This document shows, one piece after another, positions 1 to 7,382 of a stretch of 11,546 nucleotides of DNA. The stretch comes from a virus. The stretch is taken from UHGV virus genome UHGV-1974939. The stretch is one strand, 5' to 3'. Below the pieces are notes generated by a model. It did not search any database, was not told the origin of the DNA, and worked only from the letters and a program-made list of their open reading frames with translations. Position 1 is the first letter of the stretch, and each line of letters starts with the position of its first letter. The position numbers were made by a program, and so were the translations under genes.

Positions 1-1275
1 GAGGTTGAAGCGGCATGGAAAGAGTTTGCCGAGGATGACTGCTGCTGCATTGACGTTGAGCGAAAACGCACGTTTACCATGATGATTCGGGAAGGTGTGG
101 CCATGCACGCCTTTAACGGTGAACTGTTCGTTCAGGCCACCAGGGATACCAGTCCGTCGCGGCTTTTCCGGACACAGTTCCGGATGGTAAGCCCGAAGCG
201 CATCAGCAACCCGAACAATACCGGCGACAGCCGGAACTGCCGTGCCGGTGTGCAGATTAATGACAGCGGTGCGGCGCTGGGATATTACGTCAGCGAGGAC
301 GGCTATCCTGGCTGGATGCCGCAGAAATGGACATGGATACCCCGTGAGTTACCCGGCGGACGCGCCTCGTTCATTCATGTTTTTGAACCCGTGGAGGACG
401 GGCAGACCCGCGGTGCAAATGTGTTTTACAGCGTGATGGAACAGATGAAGATGCTCGACACGCTGCAGAACACGCAGCTGCAGAGCGCCATTGTGAAGGC
501 GATGTATGCCGCCACCATTGAGAGTGAGCTGGATACGCAGTCAGCGATGGATTTTATTCTGGGCGCGAACAGTAATGAGCAGCGGGACAAGCTGACCGGC
601 TGGATTGGTGAAATTGCCGCGTATTACGCCGCCGCGCCGGTCCGGCTGGGAGGCGCAAAAGTGCCGCACCTGATGCCGGGTGACTCTCTGAACCTGCAGA
701 CGGCTCAGGACACGGATAACGGCTACTCCGTGTTTGAGCAGTCACTGTTGCGGTATATCGCTGCCGGGCTGGGTGTCTCGTATGAGCAGCTTTCCCGGAA
801 TTACGCCCAGATGAGCTACTCCACGGCACGGGCCAGCGCGAACGAGTCGTGGGCGCACTTTATGGGGCGGCGAAAATTCGTCGCATCCCGTCAGGCGAGT
901 CAGATGTTTCTGTGCTGGCTGGAAGAGGCCATCGTTCGCCGCGTGGTGACGTTACCTTCAAAAGCGCGCTTCAGTTTTCAGGAAGCCCGTAGTGCCTGGG
1001 GGAACTGCGACTGGATAGGCTCCGGTCGTATGGCCATCGATGGTCTGAAAGAAGTTCAGGAAGCGGTGATGCTGATAGAAGCCGGGCTGAGTACCTACGA
1101 AAAAGAGTGTGCAAAACGCGGCGATGACTATCAGGAAATTTTTGCCCAGCAGGTCCGTGAAACGATGGAGCGTCGTGCAGCCGGTCTTAAACCACCCGCC
1201 TGGGCGGCTGCGGCATTTGAATCCGGGCTGCGACAATCAACAGAGGAGGAGAAGAGTGACAGCAGAGCTGCGTAA
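1..1275 (+). CDS. B: Portal protein, 5'-truncated by the window edge
   Basis: Frame 1 is open from nt 1 with no stop before the listed ATG at 79, and ends at TAA 1273-1275. The 398-aa ORF-track product is recognisable as the C-terminal part of lambda gpB. It is followed by C, Nu3, D and E in lambda head-gene order. Confidence 0.93.
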   Translation, partial: EVEAAWKEFAEDDCCCIDVERKRTFTMMIREGVAMHAFNGELFVQATRDTSPSRLFRTQFRMVSPKRISNPNNTGDSRNCRAGVQINDSGAALGYYVSEDGYPGWMPQKWTWIPRELPGGRASFIHVFEPVEDGQTRGANVFYSVMEQMKMLDTLQNTQLQSAIVKAMYAATIESELDTQSAMDFILGANSNEQRDKLTGWIGEIAAYYAAAPVRLGGAKVPHLMPGDSLNLQTAQDTDNGYSVFEQSLLRYIAAGLGVSYEQLSRNYAQMSYSTARASANESWAHFMGRRKFVASRQASQMFLCWLEEAIVRRVVTLPSKARFSFQEARSAWGNCDWIGSGRMAIDGLKEVQEAVMLIEAGLSTYEKECAKRGDDYQEIFAQQVRETMERRAAGLKPPAWAAAAFESGLRQSTEEEKSDSRAA

Positions 1276-2575
1276 TCTCCCGCATATTGCCAGCATGGCC
1301 TTTAATGAGCCGCTGATGCTTGAACCCGCCTATGCGCGGGTTTTCTTTTGTGCGCTTGCAGGCCAGCTTGGGATCAGCCGCCTGACGGATGCGGTGTCCG
1401 GCGACAGCCTGACTGCCGGAGAGGCACCCGCGGCGCTGGCGTTATCCGTTGATGATGACGGACCACGACAGGCCCGCAGTTATCAGGTCATGAACGGCAT
1501 CGCCGTGCTGCCGGTGTCCGGCACGCTGGTCAGCCGGACGCGGGCGCTGCAGCCGTATTCGGGGATGACCGGTTACAACGGCATTATCGCCCGTCTGCAA
1601 CAGGCTGCCAGCGATCCGATGGTGGACGGCATTCTGCTGGATATGGACACACCGGGCGGGATGGTGGCGGGAGCATTTGACTGTGCTGACATCATCGCCC
1701 GTGTGCGAGACATAAAACCGGTATGGGCGCTGGCCAACGACATGAACTGCAGTGCAGGTCAGCTGCTTGCCAGCGCCGCCTCCCGGCGTCTGGTCACGCA
1801 GACCGCCCGGACAGGCTCCATCGGCGTCATGATGGCTCACAGTAATTACGGTGCTGCGCTGGAGAAACAGGGCGTGGAAATCACGCTGATTTACAGCGGC
1901 AGCCATAAGGTGGATGGCAACCCCTACAGCCATCTACCGGATGATGTCCGGGAAACACTGCAGTCCCGGATGGATGCAACCCGCCGGATGTTTGCACAGA
2001 AGGTGTCGGCATATACCGGCCTGTCCGTGCAGGCTGTGCTGGATACCGAGGCTGCAGTGTACAGCGGTCAGGAGGCCATTGATGCCGGACTGGCTGATGA
2101 ACTTGTTAACAGTACCGATGCGATCACCGTCATGCGTGATGCACTGGATGCACGTAAATCCCGTCTCTCAGGAGGGCGAATGACCAAAGAGACTCAATCA
2201 ACAACTGTTTCAGCCACTGCTTCGCAGGCTGACGTTACTGGCGTGGTACAAGCGACGGAGGGCGAGAACGCCAACGCTGCGCAGCCGGACGTGAACGCGC
2301 AGATCACCGCAGCGGTTGCGGCAGAAAACACTCGCATTATGGGGATCCTCAACTGTGAGGAGGCTCACGGACGCGAAGAACAGGCGCGCGTTTTGGCAGA
2401 AACCCCCGGTATGACCGTGGAAACGGCCCGCCGCATTCTGGCCGCAGCACCACAGAGTGCACAGGCGCGCAGTGACACTGCGCTGGATCGTCTGATGCAG
2501 GGTGCACCGGCACCGCTGGCTGCAGGTAACCCGGCATCTGATGCCGTTAACGATTTGCTGAACACACCAGTGTAA
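1256..2575 (+). CDS. C: Head maturation protease / minor capsid protein C (S49/ClpP-like serine protease family)
   Basis: The ORF-track frame 1109..2575 contains the lambda gpC sequence starting at VTAELRNLPHIASMAF. The proposed start is GTG 1256, preceded by GGAGGAG at 1244-1250, and it overlaps the end of B by 20 nt as in lambda. The DTPGG and NCSAGQLLASAA segments are typical of S49-type peptidases. Stop is TAA 2573-2575. The exact start codon is less certain than the gene identity. Confidence 0.88.
   Translation: MTAELRNLPHIASMAFNEPLMLEPAYARVFFCALAGQLGISRLTDAVSGDSLTAGEAPAALALSVDDDGPRQARSYQVMNGIAVLPVSGTLVSRTRALQPYSGMTGYNGIIARLQQAASDPMVDGILLDMDTPGGMVAGAFDCADIIARVRDIKPVWALANDMNCSAGQLLASAASRRLVTQTARTGSIGVMMAHSNYGAALEKQGVEITLIYSGSHKVDGNPYSHLPDDVRETLQSRMDATRRMFAQKVSAYTGLSVQAVLDTEAAVYSGQEAIDAGLADELVNSTDAITVMRDALDARKSRLSGGRMTKETQSTTVSATASQADVTGVVQATEGENANAAQPDVNAQITAAVAAENTRIMGILNCEEAHGREEQARVLAETPGMTVETARRILAAAPQSAQARSDTALDRLMQGAPAPLAAGNPASDAVNDLLNTPV
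1970..2575 (+). CDS. Nu3: Capsid scaffolding protein Nu3, translated from an in-frame internal start within C
   Basis: ATG at 1970 is in the same frame as C and shares its stop. The product begins MDATRRMFAQKVSAY, matching my recollection of lambda Nu3, which is nested in the 3' third of C. The Ala/Gln-rich, charged C-terminal composition fits a scaffold. Confidence 0.8.
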   Translation: MDATRRMFAQKVSAYTGLSVQAVLDTEAAVYSGQEAIDAGLADELVNSTDAITVMRDALDARKSRLSGGRMTKETQSTTVSATASQADVTGVVQATEGENANAAQPDVNAQITAAVAAENTRIMGILNCEEAHGREEQARVLAETPGMTVETARRILAAAPQSAQARSDTALDRLMQGAPAPLAAGNPASDAVNDLLNTPV

Positions 2576-2584
2576 GGGATGTTT

Positions 2585-2917
2585 ATGACGAGCAAAGAAA
2601 CCTTTACCCATTACCAGCCGCTGGGCAACAGTGACCCGGCTCATACCGCAACCGCGCCCGGCGGATTGAGTGCGAAAGCGCCTGCAATGACCCCGCTGAT
2701 GCTGGACACATCCACCCGTAAGCTGGTTGCGTGGGATGGCACCACCGACGGTGCTGCCGTTGGCATTCTTGCGGTTGCTGCTGACCAGACCAGCACCACG
2801 CTGACGTTCTACAAGTCCGGCACGTTCCGTTATGAGGATGTGCTCTGGCCGGAGGCTGCCAGCGACGAGACGAAAAAACGGACCGCGTTTTCCGGAACGG
2901 CAATCAGCATCGTTTAA
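2585..2917 (+). CDS. D: Head decoration protein D
   Basis: ORF-track frame 2579..2917; the product from ATG 2585 ([12 protein letters not shown]...AISIV) is recognisable as lambda gpD, about 110 aa. AGGGA lies just upstream and the stop is TAA 2915-2917. Confidence 0.95.
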   Translation: MTSKETFTHYQPLGNSDPAHTATAPGGLSAKAPAMTPLMLDTSTRKLVAWDGTTDGAAVGILAVAADQTSTTLTFYKSGTFRYEDVLWPEAASDETKKRTAFSGTAISIV

Positions 2918-2934
2918 CTTTACCCTTCATCACT

Positions 2935-2959
2935 AAAGGCCGCCTGTGCGGCTTTTTTT
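2935..2959 (+). terminator. Intrinsic-terminator-like hairpin plus U-tract in the D-E intergenic region
   Basis: ggccgc (2938-2943), loop ctgt (2944-2947), gcggc (2948-2952), then seven T at 2953-2959. AAA at 2935-2937 can extend the stem by pairing with the first T residues. It sits 18 nt after the D stop and before the E start. Confidence 0.55.
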
Positions 2960-2972
2960 ACGGGATTTTTTT

Positions 2973-3998
2973 ATGTCAATGTACACAACCGCCCAGCTGC
3001 TGGCGGCAAATGAGCAGAAATTTAAGTTTGATCCGCTGTTTCTGCGTCTCTTTTTCCGTGAGAGCTATCCCTTCACCACGGAGAAAGTCTATCTCTCACA
3101 AATTCCGGGACTGGTAAACATGGCGCTGTACGTTTCGCCGATTGTTTCCGGTGAGGTTATCCGCTCCCGTGGCGGCTCCACCTCTGAATTTACGCCGGGA
3201 TATGTCAAACCCAAGCATGAGGTGAATCCGCAGATGACCCTGCGTCGCCTGCCGGATGAAGATCCACAGAATCTGGCGGACCCGGCTTACCGCCGCCGTC
3301 GCATCATCATGCAGAACATGCGAGACGAAGAGCTGGCCATTGCTCAGGTCGAAGAGATGCAGGCCGTTTCTGCCGTGCTCAAGGGCAAATACACCATGAC
3401 CGGTGAAGCCTTCGAGCCGGTTGAGGTGGATATGGGCCGCAGTGCGGCGAATAACATCACACAGTCCGGCGGCACGGAGTGGAGCAAGCGTGACAAGTCC
3501 ACGTATGACCCGACCGACGATATCGAAGCCTACGCGCTGAACGCCAGCGGTGTGGTGAATATCATCGTGTTTGATCCGAAAGGCTGGGCGCTGTTCCGTT
3601 CCTTCAAAGCCGTCAAGGAGAAGCTGGATACCCGTCGCGGCTCTAATTCCGAGCTGGAGACAGCGGTAAAAGACCTGGGCGAAGCGGTGTCCTATAAGGG
3701 GATGTATGGCGATACGGCGATCGTCGTGTATTCCGGACAGTACGTGGAAAAAGACGTCAAAAAGAACTTCCTGCCGGACAACACGATGGTGCTGGGGAAC
3801 ACTCAGGCACGCGGTCTGCGCACCTATGGCTGCATTCAGGATGCGGACGCACAGCGCGAAGGCATTAACGCCTCTGCCCGCTACCCGAAAAACTGGGTGA
3901 CCACCGGCGATCCGGCGCGTGAGTTCACCATGATTCAGTCTGCACCGCTGATGCTGCTGGCTGACCCTGATGCGTTCGTGTCCGTACAACTGGCGTAA
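2973..3998 (+). CDS. E: Major capsid protein E (HK97-fold)
   Basis: ORF-track frame 2946..3998; the product from ATG 2973 (MSMYTTAQLLAANEQKFKFDPLF...) is recognisable as lambda gpE, 341 aa. The ORF-track start at 2946 lies inside the upstream hairpin and is rejected. Confidence 0.95.
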   Translation: MSMYTTAQLLAANEQKFKFDPLFLRLFFRESYPFTTEKVYLSQIPGLVNMALYVSPIVSGEVIRSRGGSTSEFTPGYVKPKHEVNPQMTLRRLPDEDPQNLADPAYRRRRIIMQNMRDEELAIAQVEEMQAVSAVLKGKYTMTGEAFEPVEVDMGRSAANNITQSGGTEWSKRDKSTYDPTDDIEAYALNASGVVNIIVFDPKGWALFRSFKAVKEKLDTRRGSNSELETAVKDLGEAVSYKGMYGDTAIVVYSGQYVEKDVKKNFLPDNTMVLGNTQARGLRTYGCIQDADAQREGINASARYPKNWVTTGDPAREFTMIQSAPLMLLADPDAFVSVQLA

Positions 3999-4000
3999 TC

Positions 4001-4024
4001 ATGGCCCTTCGGGGCCATTTTCTC
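4001..4024 (+). terminator. Stable UUCG-tetraloop hairpin with a T-rich tail immediately downstream of E
   Basis: atggccc (4001-4007), loop ttcg (4008-4011), gggccat (4012-4018): a 7-bp stem with five G-C pairs closing a UUCG tetraloop, followed by tttctct. It starts 3 nt after the E stop and ends just before the FI ribosome-binding site. The T-tract is interrupted, so this may be an RNA-stability or attenuator element rather than a strong terminator. Confidence 0.45.
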
Positions 4025-4037
4025 TGTGGAGGAGTCC

Positions 4038-4433
4038 ATGACGAAAGATGAACTGATTGCCCGTCTCCGCTCGCTGGGTGAACAACTGAACCGTGATGTC
4101 AGCCTGACGGGAACGAAAGAAGAACTGGCGCTCCGTGTGGCAGAGCTGGAAGAGGAGCTTGATGACACGGATGACGCAGCCGGTCAGGACTCGTCTGTCA
4201 GCCCGGAAAATGCGCTGACCGGACATGAAAATGAGATGGTATCAGCACAGACGGATACCGTGACTGATACGGCTGCTCTGGTCACGGTTGTGGCACTGGT
4301 GACGCTGCATACCGATGCACTTCACGCCACGCGGGATGAACCTGTGGCATTTGTGCTGCCGGGAACGGCGTTTCGTGTCTCTGCCGGTGTGGCAGCCGAA
4401 ATGACAGAGCGCGGCCTGGCCAGAATGCAATAA
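4038..4433 (+). CDS. FI: DNA packaging / head assembly protein FI
   Basis: ORF-track frame 4026..4433; ATG 4038 is preceded by GGAGGAG at 4028-4034. The product MTKDELIARLRSLGEQLNRD...ERGLARMQ is recognisable as lambda gpFI, with a divergent central linker. Stop is TAA 4431-4433. Confidence 0.9.
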   Translation: MTKDELIARLRSLGEQLNRDVSLTGTKEELALRVAELEEELDDTDDAAGQDSSVSPENALTGHENEMVSAQTDTVTDTAALVTVVALVTLHTDALHATRDEPVAFVLPGTAFRVSAGVAAEMTERGLARMQ

Positions 4434-4444
4434 CGGGAGGCGCT

Positions 4445-4798
4445 GTGGCTGATTTCGATAACCTGTTCGATGCTGCCATTGCCCGCGCCGATGAAACGAT
4501 ACGCGGGTACATGGGAACGTCAGCCACCATGACATCCGGTGAGCAGTCCGGTGCTGTGATACGTGGTGTTTTTGATGACCCTGAAAATATCAGCTATGCC
4601 GGACAGGGCGTGCGCGTTGAAGGCTCCAGCCCGTCCCTGTTTGTCCGGACTGATGATGTGCGGCAGCTGCGGCGCGGCGACACGCTGACCATCGGTGAGG
4701 AAAACTTCTGGATAGACCGGATTTCGCCGGATGATGGCGGAAGCTGTCATCTCTGGCTTGGGCGTGGCGTGCCGCCTGCCGTTAACCGTCGCCGCTGA
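4445..4798 (+). CDS. FII: Head-tail connector / head completion protein FII
   Basis: GTG start at 4445 preceded by GGGAGG at 4435-4440. The 117-aa product (MADFDNLFDAAIARADETIRGY...) is recognisable as lambda gpFII. Stop is TGA 4796-4798. Confidence 0.9.
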   Translation: MADFDNLFDAAIARADETIRGYMGTSATMTSGEQSGAVIRGVFDDPENISYAGQGVRVEGSSPSLFVRTDDVRQLRRGDTLTIGEENFWIDRISPDDGGSCHLWLGRGVPPAVNRRR

Positions 4799-4809
4799 AA
4801 GGGGGATGT

Positions 4810-5388
4810 ATGGCCATAAAAGGTCTTGAGCAGGCCGTTGAAAACCTCAGCCGTATCAGCAAAACGGCGGTGCCTGGTGCGTCAGCAATGGCCATTAACC
4901 GCGTTGCTTCATCCGCGATATCGCAGTCGGCGGCACAGGTTGCCCGTGAGACAAAGGTACGCCGGAAACTGGTAAAGGAAAGGGCCAGGCTGAAAAGGGC
5001 CACGGTCAAAAATCCGCAGGCCAGAATCAGGGTTAACCGGGGGGATTTGCCCGTAATCAAGCTGGGGAATGCGCGGGTTGTCCTGTCCCGCCGCAGGCGT
5101 CGTAAAAAGGGGCAGCGTTCAGCCCTGAAAGGTGGCGGCAGCGTGCTTGTGGTGGGAAACCGTCGTATTCCCGGCGCGTTTATTCAGCAACTGAAAAATG
5201 GCCGCTGGCATGTCATGCAGCGTGTGGCCGGGAAAAACCGTTACCCCATTGATGTGGTGAAAATCCCGATGGCGGTGCCGCTGACCACGGCGTTTAAACA
5301 GAATATTGAACGGATACGGCGTGAACGTCTTCCGAAAGAGCTGGGCTATGCGCTGCAGCATCAACTGAGAATGGTAATAAAGCGATGA
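4810..5388 (+). CDS. Z: Tail completion protein Z
   Basis: ATG 4810 preceded by GGGGG at 4801-4805. The 192-aa basic product (MAIKGLEQAVENLSRISKTAVPG...) is recognisable as lambda gpZ. Stop TGA 5386-5388 overlaps the U start. Confidence 0.92.
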   Translation: MAIKGLEQAVENLSRISKTAVPGASAMAINRVASSAISQSAAQVARETKVRRKLVKERARLKRATVKNPQARIRVNRGDLPVIKLGNARVVLSRRRRRKKGQRSALKGGGSVLVVGNRRIPGAFIQQLKNGRWHVMQRVAGKNRYPIDVVKIPMAVPLTTAFKQNIERIRRERLPKELGYALQHQLRMVIKR

Positions 5389-5780
5389 AACATACTGAAC
5401 TCCGTGCAGCCGTACTGGATGCACTGGAGAAGCATGACACCGGGGCGACGCTTTTTGATGGTCGCCCCGCTGTTTTTGATGAGGCGGATTTTCCGGCAGT
5501 TGCCGTTTATCTCACCGGCGCTGAATACACGGGCGAAGAGCTGGACAGCGATACCTGGCAGGCGGAGCTGCATATTGAAGTTTTCCTGCCTGCTCAGGTG
5601 CCGGATTCAGAGCTGGATGCGTGGATGGAGTCCCGGATTTATCCGGTGATGAGCGATATCCCGGCACTGTCAGATTTGATCACCAGTATGGTGGCCAGTG
5701 GCTATGACTACCGGCGCGACGATGATGCGGGCCTGTGGAGTTCAGCCGATCTGACTTATGTCATTACCTATGAAATGTGA
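5385..5780 (+). CDS. U: Tail terminator protein U
   Basis: ATG 5385 overlaps the Z stop as ATGA. The 131-aa product ([31 protein letters not shown]...) is recognisable as lambda gpU. Confidence 0.95.
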   Translation: MKHTELRAAVLDALEKHDTGATLFDGRPAVFDEADFPAVAVYLTGAEYTGEELDSDTWQAELHIEVFLPAQVPDSELDAWMESRIYPVMSDIPALSDLITSMVASGYDYRRDDDAGLWSSADLTYVITYEM

Positions 5781-5787
5781 GGACGCT

Positions 5788-6528
5788 ATGCCTGTACCAA
5801 ATCCTGTAATGCCGGTGAAAGGTGCCGGGACCACCCTGTGGGTTTATAAGGGGAGCGGTGACCCTTATGCGAATCCGCTTTCAGACGTTGACTGGTCGCG
5901 TCTGGCAAAAGTTAAAGACCTGACGCCCGGCGAACTGACCGCTGAGTCCTATGACGACAGCTATCTCGATGATGAAGATGCGGACTGGACCGCGACCGGG
6001 CAGGGGCAGAAATCTGCCGGAGATACCAGCTTCACGCTGGCGTGGATGCCCGGAGAGCAGGGGCAGCAGGCGCTGCTGGCGTGGTTTAATGAAGGTGATA
6101 CCCGTGCCTATAAAATCCGCTTCCCGAACGGCACAGTCGATGTGTTCCGCGGCTGGGTCAGCAGCATCGGTAAGGCGGTGACAGCGAAGGAAGTGATCAC
6201 CCGCACGGTGAAAGTCACCAACGTGGGACGTCCGTCGATGGCAGAAGATCGCAGCACGGTAACAGCGGCAACCGGTATGACCGTGACGCCTGCCAGCACC
6301 TCGGTGGTGAAAGGGCAGAGCACCACGCTGACCGTGGCATTCCAGCCGGAGGGCGCAACCGACAAGAGCTTCCGTGCGGTGTCTGCGGATAAAACAAAAG
6401 CCACCGTGTCGGTCAGTGGTATGACCATCACCGTGAACGGTGTTGCTGCAGGCAAGGTCAACATTCCGGTCGTATCCGGTAATGGTGAACTTGCTGCTGT
6501 TGCAGAAATCACCGTCACCGCCAGTTAA
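5788..6528 (+). CDS. V: Major tail tube protein V with a C-terminal Ig-like (Big_2-type) domain
   Basis: ORF-track frame 5758..6528; ATG 5788 is preceded by GAGGA at 5779-5783. The product [30 protein letters not shown]... is recognisable as lambda gpV, 246 aa. The C-terminal ~85 residues ([64 protein letters not shown]) have the alternating beta-strand pattern of a bacterial Ig-like domain. Confidence 0.93.
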   Translation: MPVPNPVMPVKGAGTTLWVYKGSGDPYANPLSDVDWSRLAKVKDLTPGELTAESYDDSYLDDEDADWTATGQGQKSAGDTSFTLAWMPGEQGQQALLAWFNEGDTRAYKIRFPNGTVDVFRGWVSSIGKAVTAKEVITRTVKVTNVGRPSMAEDRSTVTAATGMTVTPASTSVVKGQSTTLTVAFQPEGATDKSFRAVSADKTKATVSVSGMTITVNGVAAGKVNIPVVSGNGELAAVAEITVTAS

Positions 6529-6543
6529 TCCGGAGAGTCAGCG

Positions 6544-6966
6544 ATGTTCCTGAAAACCGAATCATTTGAACATAACGGTGTGACCGTCACGCTTTCTGAA
6601 CTGTCAGCCCTGCAGCGCATTGAGCATCTCGCCCTGATGAAACGGCAGGCAGAACAGGCGGAGTCAGACAGCAACCGGAAGTTTACTGTGGAAGACGCCA
6701 TCAGAACCGGCGCGTTTCTGGTGGCGATGTCCCTGTGGCATAACCATCCGCAGAAGACGCAGATGCCGTCCATGAATGAAGCCGTTAAACAGATTGAGCA
6801 GGAAGTGCTTACCACCTGGCCCACGGAGGCAATTTCTCATGCTGAAAACGTGGTGTACCGGCTGTCCGGTATGTATGAGTTTGTGGTGAATAATGCCCCT
6901 GAACAGACAGAGGACGCCAGGCCAGCAGAGCCTGTTTCTGCGGGAAAGTGTTCGACGGTGAGCTGA
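6544..6966 (+). CDS. G: Tail assembly chaperone G
   Basis: ATG 6544 preceded by GGAGAG at 6531-6536. The 140-aa product (MFLKTESFEHNGVTVTLSELSALQRIEHLALMKRQ...) is recognisable as lambda gpG. Stop is TGA 6964-6966. Confidence 0.93.
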   Translation: MFLKTESFEHNGVTVTLSELSALQRIEHLALMKRQAEQAESDSNRKFTVEDAIRTGAFLVAMSLWHNHPQKTQMPSMNEAVKQIEQEVLTTWPTEAISHAENVVYRLSGMYEFVVNNAPEQTEDARPAEPVSAGKCSTVS

Positions 6967-7382
6967 GTTTTGCCCTGAAACTGGCGCGTGAGATGGGGCG
7001 ACCCGACTGGCGCGCCATGCTTGCCGGGATGTCATCCACGGAGTATGCCGACTGGCACCGCTTTTACAGTACCCATTATTTTCATGATTTTCTGCTGGAT
7101 ATGCACTTTTCCGGGCTGACGTACACCGTGCTCAGCCTGTTTTTCAGCGATCCGGATATGCATCCGCTGGATTTCAGTCTGCTGAACCGGCGCGAGGCTG
7201 ACGAAGAGCCTGAAGATGATGTGCTGATGCAGAAAGCGGCAGGGCTTGCCGGAGGCGTTCGTTTTGGCCCGGACGGGAATGAAGTTATCCCCACTTCCCC
7301 GGATGTGGCGGACATGACGGAGGATGACGTAATGCTGATGACAGTATCAGAAGGGATCGCAGGAGGAGTCCGGTATGGCTGA
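6544..7382 (+). CDS. T: Tail assembly chaperone G-T fusion, made by programmed -1 ribosomal frameshift at 6942-6948
   Basis: The -1 frame relative to G is open from 6948 to TGA 7380-7382 (ORF track 6948..7382, product FDGELSFALKLAREMGRPDWRAMLAGMSSTEYADWHRFY...) and has no independent start with a ribosome-binding site. A G GGA AAG heptamer sits in the G zero frame seven codons before the G stop. This is the textbook lambda G/G-T arrangement. Confidence 0.85.
6942..6948 (+). other. Slippery heptanucleotide G_GGA_AAG for the G to G-T -1 frameshift
   Basis: The sequence gggaaag at 6942-6948 has GGA and AAG as zero-frame codons of G (codon starts 6943 and 6946), an X_XXY_YYZ pattern. The -1 frame continues in-frame into the T ORF. 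Confidence 0.85.

Noticed and set aside
3096-3989. Long minus-strand ORFs (3096..3989 297 aa, 10181..10837 218 aa, 7933..8511 192 aa, 9015..9566 183 aa, 1442..1933 163 aa and others)
   Set aside because: Each lies fully antisense to a well-supported + strand structural gene (E, M/L, H, C). Their products are Arg/Pro/Cys/His-rich low-complexity sequences with no ribosome-binding sites, as expected for chance open frames opposite GC-rich coding sequence.
1109-5790. Longer N-terminal extensions suggested by the ORF track (C from 1109, D from 2579, E from 2946, FI from 4026, V from 5758)
   Set aside because: The extensions would overlap upstream genes or the D-E hairpin and lack ribosome-binding sites. 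The downstream starts (1256, 2585, 2973, 4038, 5788) have Shine-Dalgarno-like sequences and give N-termini matching the known lambda proteins.
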